Notes: generated by a model not told the origin, from the letters alone. Positions 38,807 through 49,404 are shown, counted from the first letter of the stretch. The stretch is 64,000 nt of DNA from Solobacterium sp. (GCA_022486935.1 JAKVJO010000001.1:4820-68819); one strand, 5' to 3'. Numbers and translations are program-made.

Positions 38807-40123
38807 ATGGACGATATCAAAACAACGGAAGAACTGCTGGACTTCATCAAACACAGCCCGAGCATGTTCCATTCCATCAGTACGATTCAGAGTTATCTGG
38901 AGGATGCGGGATTCCGCTGTCTGAAAGAATCTGAACCATGGCAGGTAAAGAAGGGTGACTGCTGCTATACGATCCGCAATCATTCCAGCATCATTGCATT
39001 CCGCGTTGGCAGTGAACTGAGTGACTATCATTTCCAGCTGAGTGCAGCACATGGCGATTCGCCGACTTACAAAATCAAGACCGTACCGGAACTGAGCGGC
39101 CCGAATGAATATCTGAAACTGGACGTGGAAGCCTATGGCGGCATGATTGACAATACGTGGCTGGATCGGCCGCTGAGTGTTGCCGGAAGAGTGCTGGTCA
39201 AAAACGGCAGGAGCGTTGAAACAAGACTGCTCTCGATTGATAAAGATATTCTCTTGATCCCGAATGTTGCGATTCACATGAACCGTGAGATGAACAAGGG
39301 TGTGGAACTCAACCGTCAGGTTGATCTCTGCCCGCTGTTTTCAGCCGGCGCACTGAAGAAGGGTGCCTTTGATCAGATGATCGCAGATGAACTGGGAGTC
39401 AAACAGGAAGACATTCTTGCTAAGGATCTGTTCCTCGTCAATCGTCAGCGTCAGACAATCTGGGGCTGCCGGAATGAATTTGTATCCACCCCGAAACTGG
39501 ATGACCTGCAGTGTGCATTCTCTTCTCTGAAGGGATTTCTGGCCGGTAAGAACGACAGAGCAGTCAATGTCTACTGCTGCTTTGACAATGAAGAAGTCGG
39601 TTCCAATACCAAGCAGGGTGCCATGTCCACCTTCCTGTACGATACGCTGAACCGTCTCAACCGTGCCCTTGGCATGAGTGAAGACCAGTACTATCAGGCA
39701 GTCGCAAAGTCCTTCCTGGTCAGCTGCGACAATGCCCATGCCGTGCATCCGAACCACAAGGAAAAGACAGATGATGTCAACTGTGCCTATATGAATCAGG
39801 GCATTGTCATCAAGGAAGCTGCCAATCAGAAATATACGACAGACGCGTTCAGCCGGGCTGTCTTTACCGATCTCTGCAATCAGGCAGGTGTCCCGGTACA
39901 GACTTTTGCCAACCGCAGCGATGCGGCAGGCGGTTCCACGCTGGGAAATCTGTCCAATACCCAGGTCAGTGTCAATGCGGTGGATATCGGTCTGCCCCAG
40001 CTGGCCATGCATTCCAGCTATGAGACTGCCGGCATCAGGGATACCGGCTATGCGATCACTGCTTTGACGAAGTATTTTGATACAGATATCAGAATCGAAG
40101 GCGAACAGGTCAGTTTTGAATGA
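38807..40123 (+). CDS. M18 family (aspartyl) aminopeptidase
   Basis: AHGDSP, WLDRPL, AIHMNR, KLDDL, DNEEVGS, DNAHAVHPN, AMHS. Confidence 0.93.
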   Translation: MDDIKTTEELLDFIKHSPSMFHSISTIQSYLEDAGFRCLKESEPWQVKKGDCCYTIRNHSSIIAFRVGSELSDYHFQLSAAHGDSPTYKIKTVPELSGPNEYLKLDVEAYGGMIDNTWLDRPLSVAGRVLVKNGRSVETRLLSIDKDILLIPNVAIHMNREMNKGVELNRQVDLCPLFSAGALKKGAFDQMIADELGVKQEDILAKDLFLVNRQRQTIWGCRNEFVSTPKLDDLQCAFSSLKGFLAGKNDRAVNVYCCFDNEEVGSNTKQGAMSTFLYDTLNRLNRALGMSEDQYYQAVAKSFLVSCDNAHAVHPNHKEKTDDVNCAYMNQGIVIKEAANQKYTTDAFSRAVFTDLCNQAGVPVQTFANRSDAAGGSTLGNLSNTQVSVNAVDIGLPQLAMHSSYETAGIRDTGYAITALTKYFDTDIRIEGEQVSFE

Positions 40124-40758
40124 TCACACTGACGGATTACAAATGGCTTGCCAGAGAAGTGAAGGCACCACAGACAGATTCTGAAGGGGAAGCGAAACTG
40201 CTTCAGATCCTGAATGCACTGGATCAGAGTACCTGCTCTGATGCTGAAAAAGAAGCCTGTGCCCGCACTGCATTCAATAAACTGGAACAGCAGCAGGCAA
40301 ACCCCAAACTCGATCTCTTCAAGCATCTGAATGAGCCGGAGCAGATGTTTTCCGGCTGGAAATCCGGCAATGTGTATCAGAAGGCAATGCAGCAGGTACT
40401 GCAGAATGACCATGCAAAATACATGATGTGCGGGCTTTCCATTGTCATGTCCGGTACGATCTGCATCTATTTTATGAGGGCAGTGCTGTCTGGCAGCTAT
40501 CTGGTCAATTTCTCAATCGACGCATTGATTGCCTCAGTCATGGCCGTGTTTCTTGCCATCAATCTGCGGAACAAATACCGGATCTTCCGCCGGTACAGAC
40601 TGGCAAACCAGGATCGGATCCTGGATATCCTGTCATTTGCGATCTGTATCCTGCTCAAATTCTGGATTCCGGCCATGTTTGACCTGTCGGTTGCCGTCCT
40701 GTTCATTACCTATCTGATTGAAAAGAAACGGCTGGAAAAGCAGCTGGCGGGACTTTGA
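40120..40758 (+). CDS. Hypothetical membrane protein
   Basis: ATGA overlap with the aminopeptidase stop. Soluble N-terminal half, about 4 TM. Confidence 0.7.
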   Translation: MITLTDYKWLAREVKAPQTDSEGEAKLLQILNALDQSTCSDAEKEACARTAFNKLEQQQANPKLDLFKHLNEPEQMFSGWKSGNVYQKAMQQVLQNDHAKYMMCGLSIVMSGTICIYFMRAVLSGSYLVNFSIDALIASVMAVFLAINLRNKYRIFRRYRLANQDRILDILSFAICILLKFWIPAMFDLSVAVLFITYLIEKKRLEKQLAGL

Positions 40759-40786
40759 ACTTTCTGCGTATTCATGCAGAAAAACA

Positions 40787-40815
40787 TTGATCCGCACTGT
40801 TCTTTGTGTTAACAT
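40787..40815 (+). promoter_or_regulatory. Sigma-A promoter of rplS
   Basis: TTGATC, 17 bp spacer, TG-extended TAACAT. Confidence 0.7.
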
Positions 40816-40839
40816 TCTTCTTGCGCACAAACAGAGCGC

Positions 40840-40883
40840 ATCTATCGTTCCGCTGACCGGAGTAGGATCATGAGCGAACAGAT
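40840..40883 (+). ncRNA. L19 leader (autoregulatory ribosomal protein leader)
   Basis: TCGTTCCGCTG...ATGAGCGA hairpin upstream of rplS, matching the Firmicute L19 leader pattern (UUCCGCUG...AUGAGC) as I recall it. Confidence 0.7.
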
Positions 40884-40909
40884 CAATCGGAAAGAAGAGG
40901 AAAAGTAAA

Positions 40910-41257
40910 ATGAATTTAGGTTTAGTAGATGAAATTACCAAAGATATGATCCGCAGCGACACACCGGTCTTCAGACCTGGTGATACCCTGAAGGTTTATG
41001 TCCGTATCCGTGAAGGTGAGAAGTCCCGTATCCAGATGTTCGAGGGTGTCTGCGTATCCCGTAAGGGCGGCAGTATCTCCGAGACCTTCACTGTCCGTAA
41101 GATTTCCAATGGCGTCGGCGTTCAGAGAACGTTCCCGGTCAACAGCCCGATCATCGACCACATCGAAGTGGCTCGTAAGGGTAAGGTCAGAAGAGCTAAG
41201 CTCGGCTACCTGAAGGGACTGTCCGCAAAGGATGCCCGTATCAAGGAAGACCGTTAA
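40910..41257 (+). CDS. rplS: 50S ribosomal protein L19
   Basis: [28 protein letters not shown]. Confidence 0.97.
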   Translation: MNLGLVDEITKDMIRSDTPVFRPGDTLKVYVRIREGEKSRIQMFEGVCVSRKGGSISETFTVRKISNGVGVQRTFPVNSPIIDHIEVARKGKVRRAKLGYLKGLSAKDARIKEDR

Positions 41258-41288
41258 TTCCGGTTTCCATCAGAAGATCAATACCATG

Positions 41289-41311
41289 GAAGAGACTGAA
41301 AAGTCTCTTTC
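41289..41311 (+). terminator. Terminator after rplS
   Basis: GAAGAGACT-GAAA-AGTCTCTTT. Confidence 0.7.
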
Positions 41312-41439
41312 GTGCGTTATGGGGTACGCAGTGCTTTATAACATGCATGCAGTGTATGAGCAGGGTGCTCATGAATCTTTATGAGTTCTTAATCTGTTTG
41401 CCTATGTGGAATAGATCGGGAGTGTTAGAATAGTGCAGT

Positions 41440-42033
41440 ATGAATAACGAGAAGAAGAACGAACCGGCTTCCGCCGAGAAAAAAACAAGTTTCAAAAAGG
41501 ACCTGCTGGACTTTGGCATTACGCTGCTGATTTCCTTTACAGCGGTTTTTCTGTTGGTGTCCTATGTTGTACGGCCGATCCGGGTTGAAGGAAATTCCAT
41601 GTATCCGACTTTGGAGTCTGACTCCCTTGGCTTTTCCAATATCATCGGCAGGAATACTTCCGGCATCGAGCGGTTTGATATTGTTGTCATCAAGGTCAGC
41701 AACGATGAAGGCACCAAGTATCTGGTCAAGCGTGTCATCGGGCTTCCGGGTGATACGATCCGCTATGAGTCCGGTGTACTTTATGTCAATGATGAAGTTA
41801 CAGAAGAACCATTCCTGGACAGCAACTATGTCACCAGCTACGGCGGCATCGGTACATTCATGGGCAATCTTTCAGAAATCACCTTGGGCGATGATGAATA
41901 TTACTGCCTGGGCGATAACCGTCCGGTCAGCCGGGATTCCCGCTATTACGGACCGTTCAAGGGAACAGATATCATCTCCAAGGGAGCGTTCATTATCTTT
42001 CCGCTGAGCGATTTCGGAGTGAAGTCATGGTAG
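41440..42033 (+). CDS. lepB: Signal peptidase I
   Basis: GNSMYPTL, LVKRVIGLPGD, LGDNRPVSRDSR. Confidence 0.95.
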   Translation: MNNEKKNEPASAEKKTSFKKDLLDFGITLLISFTAVFLLVSYVVRPIRVEGNSMYPTLESDSLGFSNIIGRNTSGIERFDIVVIKVSNDEGTKYLVKRVIGLPGDTIRYESGVLYVNDEVTEEPFLDSNYVTSYGGIGTFMGNLSEITLGDDEYYCLGDNRPVSRDSRYYGPFKGTDIISKGAFIIFPLSDFGVKSW

Positions 42034-42878
42034 CAGTGCAGTGGTATCCAGGCCACATGGACAAAGCCCGCAGGGATATGCAGGAAAGTCTCAAAGCAGT
42101 GGACCTGGTCATTGAAGTACGGGATGCGAGAATTCCCGATGCCAGCCGCAATCCGATGCTAGATCAGATGATCCAGTCCAAAGCCAGACTGATCATTCTT
42201 TCCAAGACAGATCTCGCTGATCCAAAGATCACGGACCAGTGGCTGAAGGCACTTGAACATGACAGCCAGAAAGCAATTGCGGTCGATCTTGCCAGTGATA
42301 CATCTGCCAAGTCAAAGATCCTTTCGCTGTCGGCTGAAATGACTCAGGCGAAATACGACAAGATGGTTGCCAGGGGAATCCTGCACCCGAGAGCGATGCG
42401 GGCCATGGCCTGCGGCATTCCGAATGTCGGCAAGTCTACGCTGATCAACCGCATTGCCGGCAAGAGCACTGCCAAAACGGAAGACCGTCCGGGTGTTACC
42501 AGAAGCCTGAACTGGATCCACGCTTCAAGAACCTTGGATGTGCTGGATACACCAGGTGTACTGTGGCCGAAGTTTGAAGACCAGGACACCGGGATCAAAC
42601 TGGCTGCCCTTGGATCAATCAATGAAGATATTGTGGATCAGATTGAGATTGCCATTCATACCATAGAACTTCTGCAGAACCTGTATCCGGGCCTGCTGGA
42701 ACAGATTTATGAAGGTGATGGATGTAATGCCCACGATATGCTCAATGCAATTGCAGTGAAACGCGGACTGCTGAAAGCCGGCGGGGAAGCGGACCGGAAA
42801 CGGGCTGCCATTACATTTCTGCATGAACTGCGCCGCGGCCAGCTGGGCAGGCTGTCCCTGGAGAAACCCAATTCATGA
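42027..42878 (+). CDS. rbgA: Ribosome biogenesis GTPase RbgA (YlqF)
   Basis: QWYPGHM, DARIP, GIPNVGKS, PGVT, DTPG. Confidence 0.95.
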   Translation: MVAVQWYPGHMDKARRDMQESLKAVDLVIEVRDARIPDASRNPMLDQMIQSKARLIILSKTDLADPKITDQWLKALEHDSQKAIAVDLASDTSAKSKILSLSAEMTQAKYDKMVARGILHPRAMRAMACGIPNVGKSTLINRIAGKSTAKTEDRPGVTRSLNWIHASRTLDVLDTPGVLWPKFEDQDTGIKLAALGSINEDIVDQIEIAIHTIELLQNLYPGLLEQIYEGDGCNAHDMLNAIAVKRGLLKAGGEADRKRAAITFLHELRRGQLGRLSLEKPNS

Positions 42879-43495
42879 AACGGATCGCAAAGTTCTGCCC
42901 AAACTTACTGGAACAGGAGCACTGGGCATTGAATCAGCTGGTGCTTGGCATTGATGAAGCAGGCAGGGGACCGCTTGCCGGTCCATTGAGTGTTGCCGGG
43001 GTGGTGTTTCCGATCGGCTATGCCAATCCGCTGATCTATGATTCCAAGGCACTCTCAGAAACAAAGCGCAATCAGCTGTATGACACCATCATGGAAGATG
43101 CGCTCTATTTCGAAATTCTGGAAATCTGCGAGCAGGACATTGACCGCTATGATATCTATCATGCGGACATGCGGGCCATGGAACAGATTGTCAAAGATCT
43201 GCCCTGTGACTTTGTCATTACCGATGCCATGCCCATTCATACGGAAATCCCGTTTGAAGCAGTGATCAAGGGTGATCAGAAAGATATCTCGGTAGCGGCA
43301 GGCTCCATTCTGGCCAAAGTGACCAGAGACCGGATCATGCTGGAGTATGATCGGATCTACCCGCAGTACGGCTTCGCACATAACAAGGGCTATCCGACCA
43401 GAGAACATCTTGCGGCCATTGAACAGTACGGAATCACGCCGATTCACCGCCGGAGTTTTGGACCGGTTGCCCATCATCAGGAAACTTTATTTTGA
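42875..43495 (+). CDS. rnhB: Ribonuclease HII
   Basis: GIDEAGRGPLAGP, DSK, SILAKVTRD, NKGYPT, HRRSF. Confidence 0.95.
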   Translation: MKRIAKFCPNLLEQEHWALNQLVLGIDEAGRGPLAGPLSVAGVVFPIGYANPLIYDSKALSETKRNQLYDTIMEDALYFEILEICEQDIDRYDIYHADMRAMEQIVKDLPCDFVITDAMPIHTEIPFEAVIKGDQKDISVAAGSILAKVTRDRIMLEYDRIYPQYGFAHNKGYPTREHLAAIEQYGITPIHRRSFGPVAHHQETLF

Positions 43496-43556
43496 ACTTA
43501 ATCGGGGAATCTCACTTCAAAATGCGTATGAGACAGATGAAGGAGGTTCTTTTTTA

Positions 43557-44393
43557 ATGATTGAGCGAAGAGAAGTACTGGCCCGCTATGCCATGGAAGC
43601 ACAGGGAGACTGGTCTGAAACAGCACGGATGATCCGTACCGGGGCACCGGTTCCCTCTGTATTGATACAGGACAGCTATCTGACGATCTTTGATGAAGCA
43701 TATCCCACCAGCCTCAGGCAGCTGCGCTTTCCGCCCTGGGTGCTGTTCTATCAGGGAAATCTGGATCTGTTGAAACAGTCCGGCATGACGGTGGTCGGTT
43801 CCAGGAATATGAACGAATACGCCCGGTCCATGACGCAGGCCGTCACGGCAAGACTCTCAGACCGGTTTGTGATCATCTCCGGACTTGCCAGGGGAGTGGA
43901 TGCCTGTGCGCACAGCGAGGCCATTGCCCACCAGGGCAAAACCATCGGTGTGATCGGCTCCGGACTGAAGACCCACTATCCATCTGTCAATGAACGGCTG
44001 TACCGCAGGATGGCAGTGGATCAGCTGATCCTCAGTGAATACCCATGGCAGGTGGGAGTCAGAAGGGAACATTTTCCGTGGCGCAACCGGATTCTTGCGG
44101 CCCTTGGCCAGGCAGTGATCGTCACTCAGGCAAACGTACGGAGCGGCACCATGCTGACGGTCAATGAAGCAATTACCCTGTCCAAAGACATCTACTGCAT
44201 CCCATATCCCACCGGAGATGAAAGCGGCAGCGGCTGTGATCTTCTGATTCAGCAGGGAGCGAATATTCTCTATGATCTGAGCATGCTGGATGATCTTCAG
44301 CCTGAGCAGATTGGGGAATTGCGCTTGCAAAACAGAACAGATGTGGCTTATCCTAATTGCTGTCTCAATAAACAAAGCAGCGGAGGAATGTAA
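43557..44393 (+). CDS. dprA: DNA-processing protein DprA
   Basis: AGGAGG RBS. VVGSR, ISGLARGVD, SEYP, FPWRNRI. Confidence 0.93.
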   Translation: MIERREVLARYAMEAQGDWSETARMIRTGAPVPSVLIQDSYLTIFDEAYPTSLRQLRFPPWVLFYQGNLDLLKQSGMTVVGSRNMNEYARSMTQAVTARLSDRFVIISGLARGVDACAHSEAIAHQGKTIGVIGSGLKTHYPSVNERLYRRMAVDQLILSEYPWQVGVRREHFPWRNRILAALGQAVIVTQANVRSGTMLTVNEAITLSKDIYCIPYPTGDESGSGCDLLIQQGANILYDLSMLDDLQPEQIGELRLQNRTDVAYPNCCLNKQSSGGM

Positions 44394-44396
44394 AAA

Positions 44397-46625
44397 ATGA
44401 AAAATCTTGTGATCGTAGAGTCTCCATCCAAATCCAAGACCATACAGAAGTATCTTGGCCCGGACTATACAGTTGTCTCGAGCAAGGGACATATCAGGGA
44501 TCTTGCCATCAAGGGCAAAGACGGACTGGGCGTTGACGTGGAGGATTCCTTCAAGCCAACGTATGAAATCTCAAAAGATAAGGAAGATACCGTAAAGGAA
44601 CTGCAGTCGCAGGCTAAAAAATCCGATATGGTGTATCTGGCAACCGACCCGGACCGTGAGGGAGAAGCAATCTCATGGCATCTGGCGCAGGAACTTGGAC
44701 TGCCGGAAGACGCAACTGACCGGGTTACCTTTCAGGAAATTACCCATGACGCAGTCATTGATGCGTTCAAGGCACCGCGTACCATTGATATGGATCTCGT
44801 CCATTCCCAGGAAACCAGAAGAATCCTTGACCGGATTATCGGTTTCAAACTTTCCAAGCTGCTCCATAACAAGATCAAATCCAAGTCAGCCGGCCGCGTA
44901 CAGTCCGTTGCACTGAAGCTGATTGTTGAACGTGAGAAAGAAATCAAGGCATTCATCCCGAAGGAATACTGGACACTGGATGCCAAGTTTGAAAAGGATG
45001 GCAGGGAATTCAATGCGTCACTTTCCAAGATCAACGGCAAGAAGGCAGAATTGAATAACGGCGAAGAGGCAGATACCGCATTCAAGGCATGCCAGGGACC
45101 GTTTGAAGTATCCAATATCAAACTGACCAGCAAGACCACTGCACCGTTCAAGCCGTTCATCACTTCAACCCTGCAGCAGGAAGCTTCCACCAAGCTCGGC
45201 TTTGCGGCAAAGCGCACCATGTCAATTGCCCAGCGCCTGTATGAAGGTGTTGATATCGGCAATGGCCAGGAAGGTCTCATTACCTATATGAGAACCGATT
45301 CCACCAGACTCTCTGATGTCTATACCAAGGCAGCCCATGAACGGATTGAATCAGAATACGGCAAGGACTACATCGGCTTTGTCTATCATGCCAAGAATGA
45401 TGCCAATGCCCAGGATGCCCATGAAGCAATCCGTCCGACCAATATTGCCAATGATCCAGAGAAGATCAAGGCACACCTGACCAGTGAGCAGTACCGTCTT
45501 TACAAACTCATCTATGCAAGAGCCCTGGCCAGCCAGATGGCACCGGCCAAATTCTCCGGTCAGTCCATTACCCTGAGCAGAAACGGCTATGACTTCAGCG
45601 CATCCGGATCAGTGATGACGTTTGAAGGCTGGCTGAAAGTGTATGGCGAGTACTATTCCAGCAAAGACACACTGCTTCCTGAATTGAAGGAAGGCGAGTC
45701 CATCACGGCAAAGGAACTCAAGCCAAACCAGCACTTTACAGAACCGCCGGCACGCTATACCGAAGCCAAGCTGATTCATGAAATGGAAGAAGACGGTATC
45801 GGCCGTCCTTCTACCTATGCCATGATCATCGATACGATTCAGCAGCGCGGCTATGTGGAGCTCAAACCGTCTACTGAAAAATCCAAGACGAAAGTATTCT
45901 TCCCGACAGAACAGGGAACTCTGACCGTTGACAAGCTGGATGAATTCTTCTCCAGCATCATCAATACCAGCTATACTGCCGGCATGGAAAACGAACTCGA
46001 TGAGATCGCTGACGGCAAACGCGATGAAGTCAAGACACTGACCCAGTTCTGGCAGCAGTTCACCCCGCTGCTGGATGAAGCATATGAGAAGATGGAAAAG
46101 ATCCAGCCGGAGAAGGTTGGCGAACAGTGCCCGGAATGCGGCAGTGATCTGGTCTACCGCAATGGCAGATTCGGCAAGTTCATCTCCTGTTCCAACTTCC
46201 CGAAGTGCCGCTACACCAGAAGACTCGACGGCAAGGAAAAGGAAAAACCGGAGCCGACCGGCAAGATGTGCCCGAAGTGCGGATCTGAACTGCTGAAGCG
46301 CAAGAGCCGGTTTGGAACTTACTTCCTTGGCTGCTCCAACTTCCCGAAGTGCCACTACATGGAGAACCTGGAAGGCGTGGAGATCATTTCCAAGCGCGAC
46401 CGCTATGCGAAGGCCAAGGCAGAGGCAGATGCCAAGAAGGGCATCGGCACTGACATCAAGGAGCCTGCAGCACCGAAGAAGAAAGCTGCGGCCAAGAAGA
46501 AGACAGCCGCAAAGAAAACCACAGCGAAGAAGACGGCGTCAAAGAAAACTACAGCAAAGAAGCCGGCTGCCAAAAAGACTGCGGCCAAGAAGAAGCCTGC
46601 CGCCAAGAAGAAAGCAGCGGAGTAA
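44397..46625 (+). CDS. topA: Type IA DNA topoisomerase I with zinc ribbons and Lys/Ala-rich tail
   Basis: LVIVESPSK, ATDPDREGEAI, SAGRVQS, ITYMRTDS, GIGRPSTY, two CPxCG zinc ribbons. Confidence 0.97.
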   Translation: MKNLVIVESPSKSKTIQKYLGPDYTVVSSKGHIRDLAIKGKDGLGVDVEDSFKPTYEISKDKEDTVKELQSQAKKSDMVYLATDPDREGEAISWHLAQELGLPEDATDRVTFQEITHDAVIDAFKAPRTIDMDLVHSQETRRILDRIIGFKLSKLLHNKIKSKSAGRVQSVALKLIVEREKEIKAFIPKEYWTLDAKFEKDGREFNASLSKINGKKAELNNGEEADTAFKACQGPFEVSNIKLTSKTTAPFKPFITSTLQQEASTKLGFAAKRTMSIAQRLYEGVDIGNGQEGLITYMRTDSTRLSDVYTKAAHERIESEYGKDYIGFVYHAKNDANAQDAHEAIRPTNIANDPEKIKAHLTSEQYRLYKLIYARALASQMAPAKFSGQSITLSRNGYDFSASGSVMTFEGWLKVYGEYYSSKDTLLPELKEGESITAKELKPNQHFTEPPARYTEAKLIHEMEEDGIGRPSTYAMIIDTIQQRGYVELKPSTEKSKTKVFFPTEQGTLTVDKLDEFFSSIINTSYTAGMENELDEIADGKRDEVKTLTQFWQQFTPLLDEAYEKMEKIQPEKVGEQCPECGSDLVYRNGRFGKFISCSNFPKCRYTRRLDGKEKEKPEPTGKMCPKCGSELLKRKSRFGTYFLGCSNFPKCHYMENLEGVEIISKRDRYAKAKAEADAKKGIGTDIKEPAAPKKKAAAKKKTAAKKTTAKKTASKKTTAKKPAAKKTAAKKKPAAKKKAAE

Positions 46626-46628
46626 TCC

Positions 46629-47927
46629 ATGACATTGCACGCTACCGTTGTCGGAGCAGGACTGGCTGGCTGTGAAGCTGCTTACCAGCTGTCCAGACGC
46701 GGCATCAAAGTCACATTGATCGAAATGAAGCCGGGGCATAAAACCCCGGCTCATTCAGAAGATACGTTTGCAGAACTGGTCTGTTCCAATTCCCTGCGTT
46801 CGGATGCACTGACCAATGGGGTCGGTCTTTTGAAACAGGAGATGCGCATGATCGGATCTTTGATCATGGAACAGGCGGATGCCCACAAGGTACCGGCCGG
46901 CAGTGCGCTGGCAGTGGACCGTGAAAAGTTCAGCGCTGCGGTCACGGAAAAACTGAAGCAGGATCCCAATATCGAAATTGTCGAACAGGAAGTATCTGAG
47001 ATACCGGAAGGACCATGTATCATCGCTTCCGGGCCATTGACCAGCGATGCCCTGATGACACCGATCAAGGCACTGCTCCAGGATCATTCCTGTTACTTCT
47101 ATGATGCTGAAGCACCGATTGTGACTGCCGAATCCATTGACATGTCCAAAGCCTACAGGAAGTCCCGCTATGACAAGGGCAGTGCAGACTATATCAACTG
47201 CCCGATGACAAGAGAAGAATTCGAACTGTTCTATCAGGCACTGATCCAGGCAGATACCGTTCCGATCAAGTCCTTTGAACAGGAAGTCTACTTTGAGGGG
47301 TGCATGCCCTTTGAAATCATGGCCAAACGGGGCAGGGACACCCTGCTGTTTGGACCGATGAAACCGGTTGGACTCGGTGAGAATGGAGCACATCCGTATG
47401 CAGTCGTTCAGCTTCGTCAGGACAATGCTGAAGCAAGTCTCTACAATATTGTCGGCTTCCAGACCCATTTGACCTGGCCTGCCCAGAGGGAAGTGCTGCA
47501 TCTGGTGCCGGGACTGGAACACTGTGAGTTTGTGCGGTACGGGGTCATGCACCGCAACACCTATATCAATTCACCGGAATGCCTGAAAGAAACCTACCAG
47601 TGTGTCAAACGCGATGATCTGTTCTTTGCCGGACAGATGACCGGTGTAGAAGGATACATTGAAAGTGCTGCCAGCGGCATGCTTGCCGGTATCAACATGG
47701 CACATCTTCTGAAGAATGAACCGCTGGTGGAACCGGGTGCGGAAACGATGATCGGTGCCATGTCGCACTACATCACCCACGCAGATCCCAACAACTTCCA
47801 GCCGATGAATGCCAACTTCGGCATCTTCCATCTGAATACCTATGTGAAGAAGAAGGACCGCAAGGAAGCTTACGCAAAGCAGTCGCTGCCGATCATAGAA
47901 CAGTTGATCCAGGAACAGAAACTATAA
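46629..47927 (+). CDS. trmFO: Methylenetetrahydrofolate-tRNA-(uracil-5-)-methyltransferase TrmFO (Gid)
   Basis: [41 protein letters not shown]. Confidence 0.96.
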   Translation: MTLHATVVGAGLAGCEAAYQLSRRGIKVTLIEMKPGHKTPAHSEDTFAELVCSNSLRSDALTNGVGLLKQEMRMIGSLIMEQADAHKVPAGSALAVDREKFSAAVTEKLKQDPNIEIVEQEVSEIPEGPCIIASGPLTSDALMTPIKALLQDHSCYFYDAEAPIVTAESIDMSKAYRKSRYDKGSADYINCPMTREEFELFYQALIQADTVPIKSFEQEVYFEGCMPFEIMAKRGRDTLLFGPMKPVGLGENGAHPYAVVQLRQDNAEASLYNIVGFQTHLTWPAQREVLHLVPGLEHCEFVRYGVMHRNTYINSPECLKETYQCVKRDDLFFAGQMTGVEGYIESAASGMLAGINMAHLLKNEPLVEPGAETMIGAMSHYITHADPNNFQPMNANFGIFHLNTYVKKKDRKEAYAKQSLPIIEQLIQEQKL

Positions 47928-47948
47928 AAGAGGCGGATGCCTCTTTTT
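47926..47948 (+). terminator. Terminator after trmFO
   Basis: AAAAGAGGC-GGAT-GCCTCTTTT-T. Confidence 0.7.
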
Positions 47949-47972
47949 GGCTGGCAATGATACAATGGGGCC

Positions 47973-48920
47973 GTGGAAAAACAGGAACTCAAATTGAATG
48001 AATCATTTGCCGGATCATTGAACGGCTTTCTGCAGCACATGATGATGGCAAAGACCGGATCAAAGGATACCCAGGATGCCTACCGGCGTGATGTGGAACG
48101 TTTTTTAGCCTATCTGCAGAATCACAGGATCGAGAACTTTGAAGAGGTGACCAAGGCAGATATGAGCGATTACGTGACACAGCTGCGCTCCGGTGCCTTT
48201 GGAAACAAGCCGCTTTCCAATTCCAGCTATTCCAGAAATCTTTCTTCCCTGCGGTCGTTCTACCGCTACCTGAACAAATTTGAAGGCGTACAGAATAATC
48301 CGGTCCGCAGTCTGAAGGGATCTACCAGCAAGCGCAAGCTGCCGGAGTTTCTCAGTTTTGATCAGATGGAGCAGCTGCTGGACAGTTTTGATCTGACAGA
48401 CCCGAAAGAAGTACGGGACCGCTGCATCATTGAAGTGATGTATGCCTGCGGGCTGCGTGTTTCAGAATGTGCGGGTCTTCTGATTCAAAATATCAATCTG
48501 AAAGAACGCTATCTGAGCGTACTCGGCAAGGAATCCAAGGAGCGGATGATCCCGTTTTATCCGCGATGTGCACAATTGATCAGCGTATATCTGAATGAAG
48601 TGCGGCCCCATTACATGAACGGCCAGGAGCACGGCATTCTGTTTGTCAATGAAAAGGGTGTTCCGATCACGCCCCGCAATATCCAGCTGATGCTGGACAG
48701 GCAGGCGGTCAAAGCCGGAATTCCCATGCACGTGCATCCCCATATGATCCGCCACTCGTTTGCGACTCATATGCTGGATAACGGGGCAGATCTCAGAGTC
48801 GTGCAGGAACTGCTTGGCCATGAGTCTCTGACAACTACCCAGATCTATACCCATGTCACAACCGAGCATTTGAAAAAGGTGGTCGCAATGGCCCACCCGC
48901 ATGCCAAAAAAGCAGATTAA
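47973..48920 (+). CDS. xerC: Tyrosine recombinase, XerC/CodV type
   Basis: GLRVSE, HPHMIRHSFATH, LLGH, TTQIYTH. Canonical position after topA-trmFO. Confidence 0.88.
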   Translation: MEKQELKLNESFAGSLNGFLQHMMMAKTGSKDTQDAYRRDVERFLAYLQNHRIENFEEVTKADMSDYVTQLRSGAFGNKPLSNSSYSRNLSSLRSFYRYLNKFEGVQNNPVRSLKGSTSKRKLPEFLSFDQMEQLLDSFDLTDPKEVRDRCIIEVMYACGLRVSECAGLLIQNINLKERYLSVLGKESKERMIPFYPRCAQLISVYLNEVRPHYMNGQEHGILFVNEKGVPITPRNIQLMLDRQAVKAGIPMHVHPHMIRHSFATHMLDNGADLRVVQELLGHESLTTTQIYTHVTTEHLKKVVAMAHPHAKKAD

Positions 48921-49120
48921 TCCTGGCGATTTGAAGGAAACAGCTTCATCATCAGCAATAACAGTGTGACGGCAATGATCAGCCAGGAACCCGGCACCAG
49001 TACCGGATCGCTGCTGTTGGCAGTCAGCAGGAATACCAGACATCCGGCCGATACAATCATCAGCAGGACGAGGTATTTCCACTCGGGATGGAGCAGTTCA
49101 GTTTTAACAGTCTGTTTCAT
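48917..49120 (-). CDS. Small 2-TM hypothetical protein
   Basis: 67 aa with two hydrophobic helices. Extended -10 (TGCTATGAT) 6 nt before the ATG. Confidence 0.5.
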   Translation of the reverse strand: MKQTVKTELLHPEWKYLVLLMIVSAGCLVFLLTANSSDPVLVPGSWLIIAVTLLLLMMKLFPSNRQD

Positions 49121-49200
49121 AGAACGATCATAGCACTTCCAGGAGTGTACAGAAGCAGAGAAAATCACGGATCTGATGCGGTAAAACATGCAGAAAATGC

Positions 49201-49228
49201 TTGTATTCATGCGTCAATATGGTACACT
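49201..49228 (+). promoter_or_regulatory. Sigma-A promoter of rpsB-tsf
   Basis: TTGTAT, 16 bp spacer, TG-extended TACACT. Confidence 0.65.
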
Positions 49229-49294
49229 GATACACGGCATCTCGTTTTATTCTGCCTTTTGCATGTGAAGCACTGGCGGAAGGGATGTACTTCT

Positions 49295-49382
49295 CACACA
49301 GTGGATTCTTCATCCCGTGCAGCTGGAGGAACAAGCGCCTGCCGGCTGTTGATGAGGTCAGAAACTGTGGCGGAAAACAACG
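49295..49382 (+). ncRNA. S2 autoregulatory leader (rpsB leader)
   Basis: CACACAG...CTGTGGCGGA-AAACAAC enclosing an imperfect stem upstream of rpsB, as in known S2-binding leaders. Confidence 0.65.
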
Positions 49383-49404
49383 GAAAGCGAGGAAAATAAA
49401 AATT

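Noticed and set aside
46312-46632. Arg-rich protamine-like ORF overlapping the topA end
   Set aside because: It is the frame-shifted reading of the Lys/Ala codon repeats and has no RBS.
47973-48920. Integrase of a mobile element
   Set aside because: It occupies the canonical chromosomal xerC/codV position, with no att sites or cargo.
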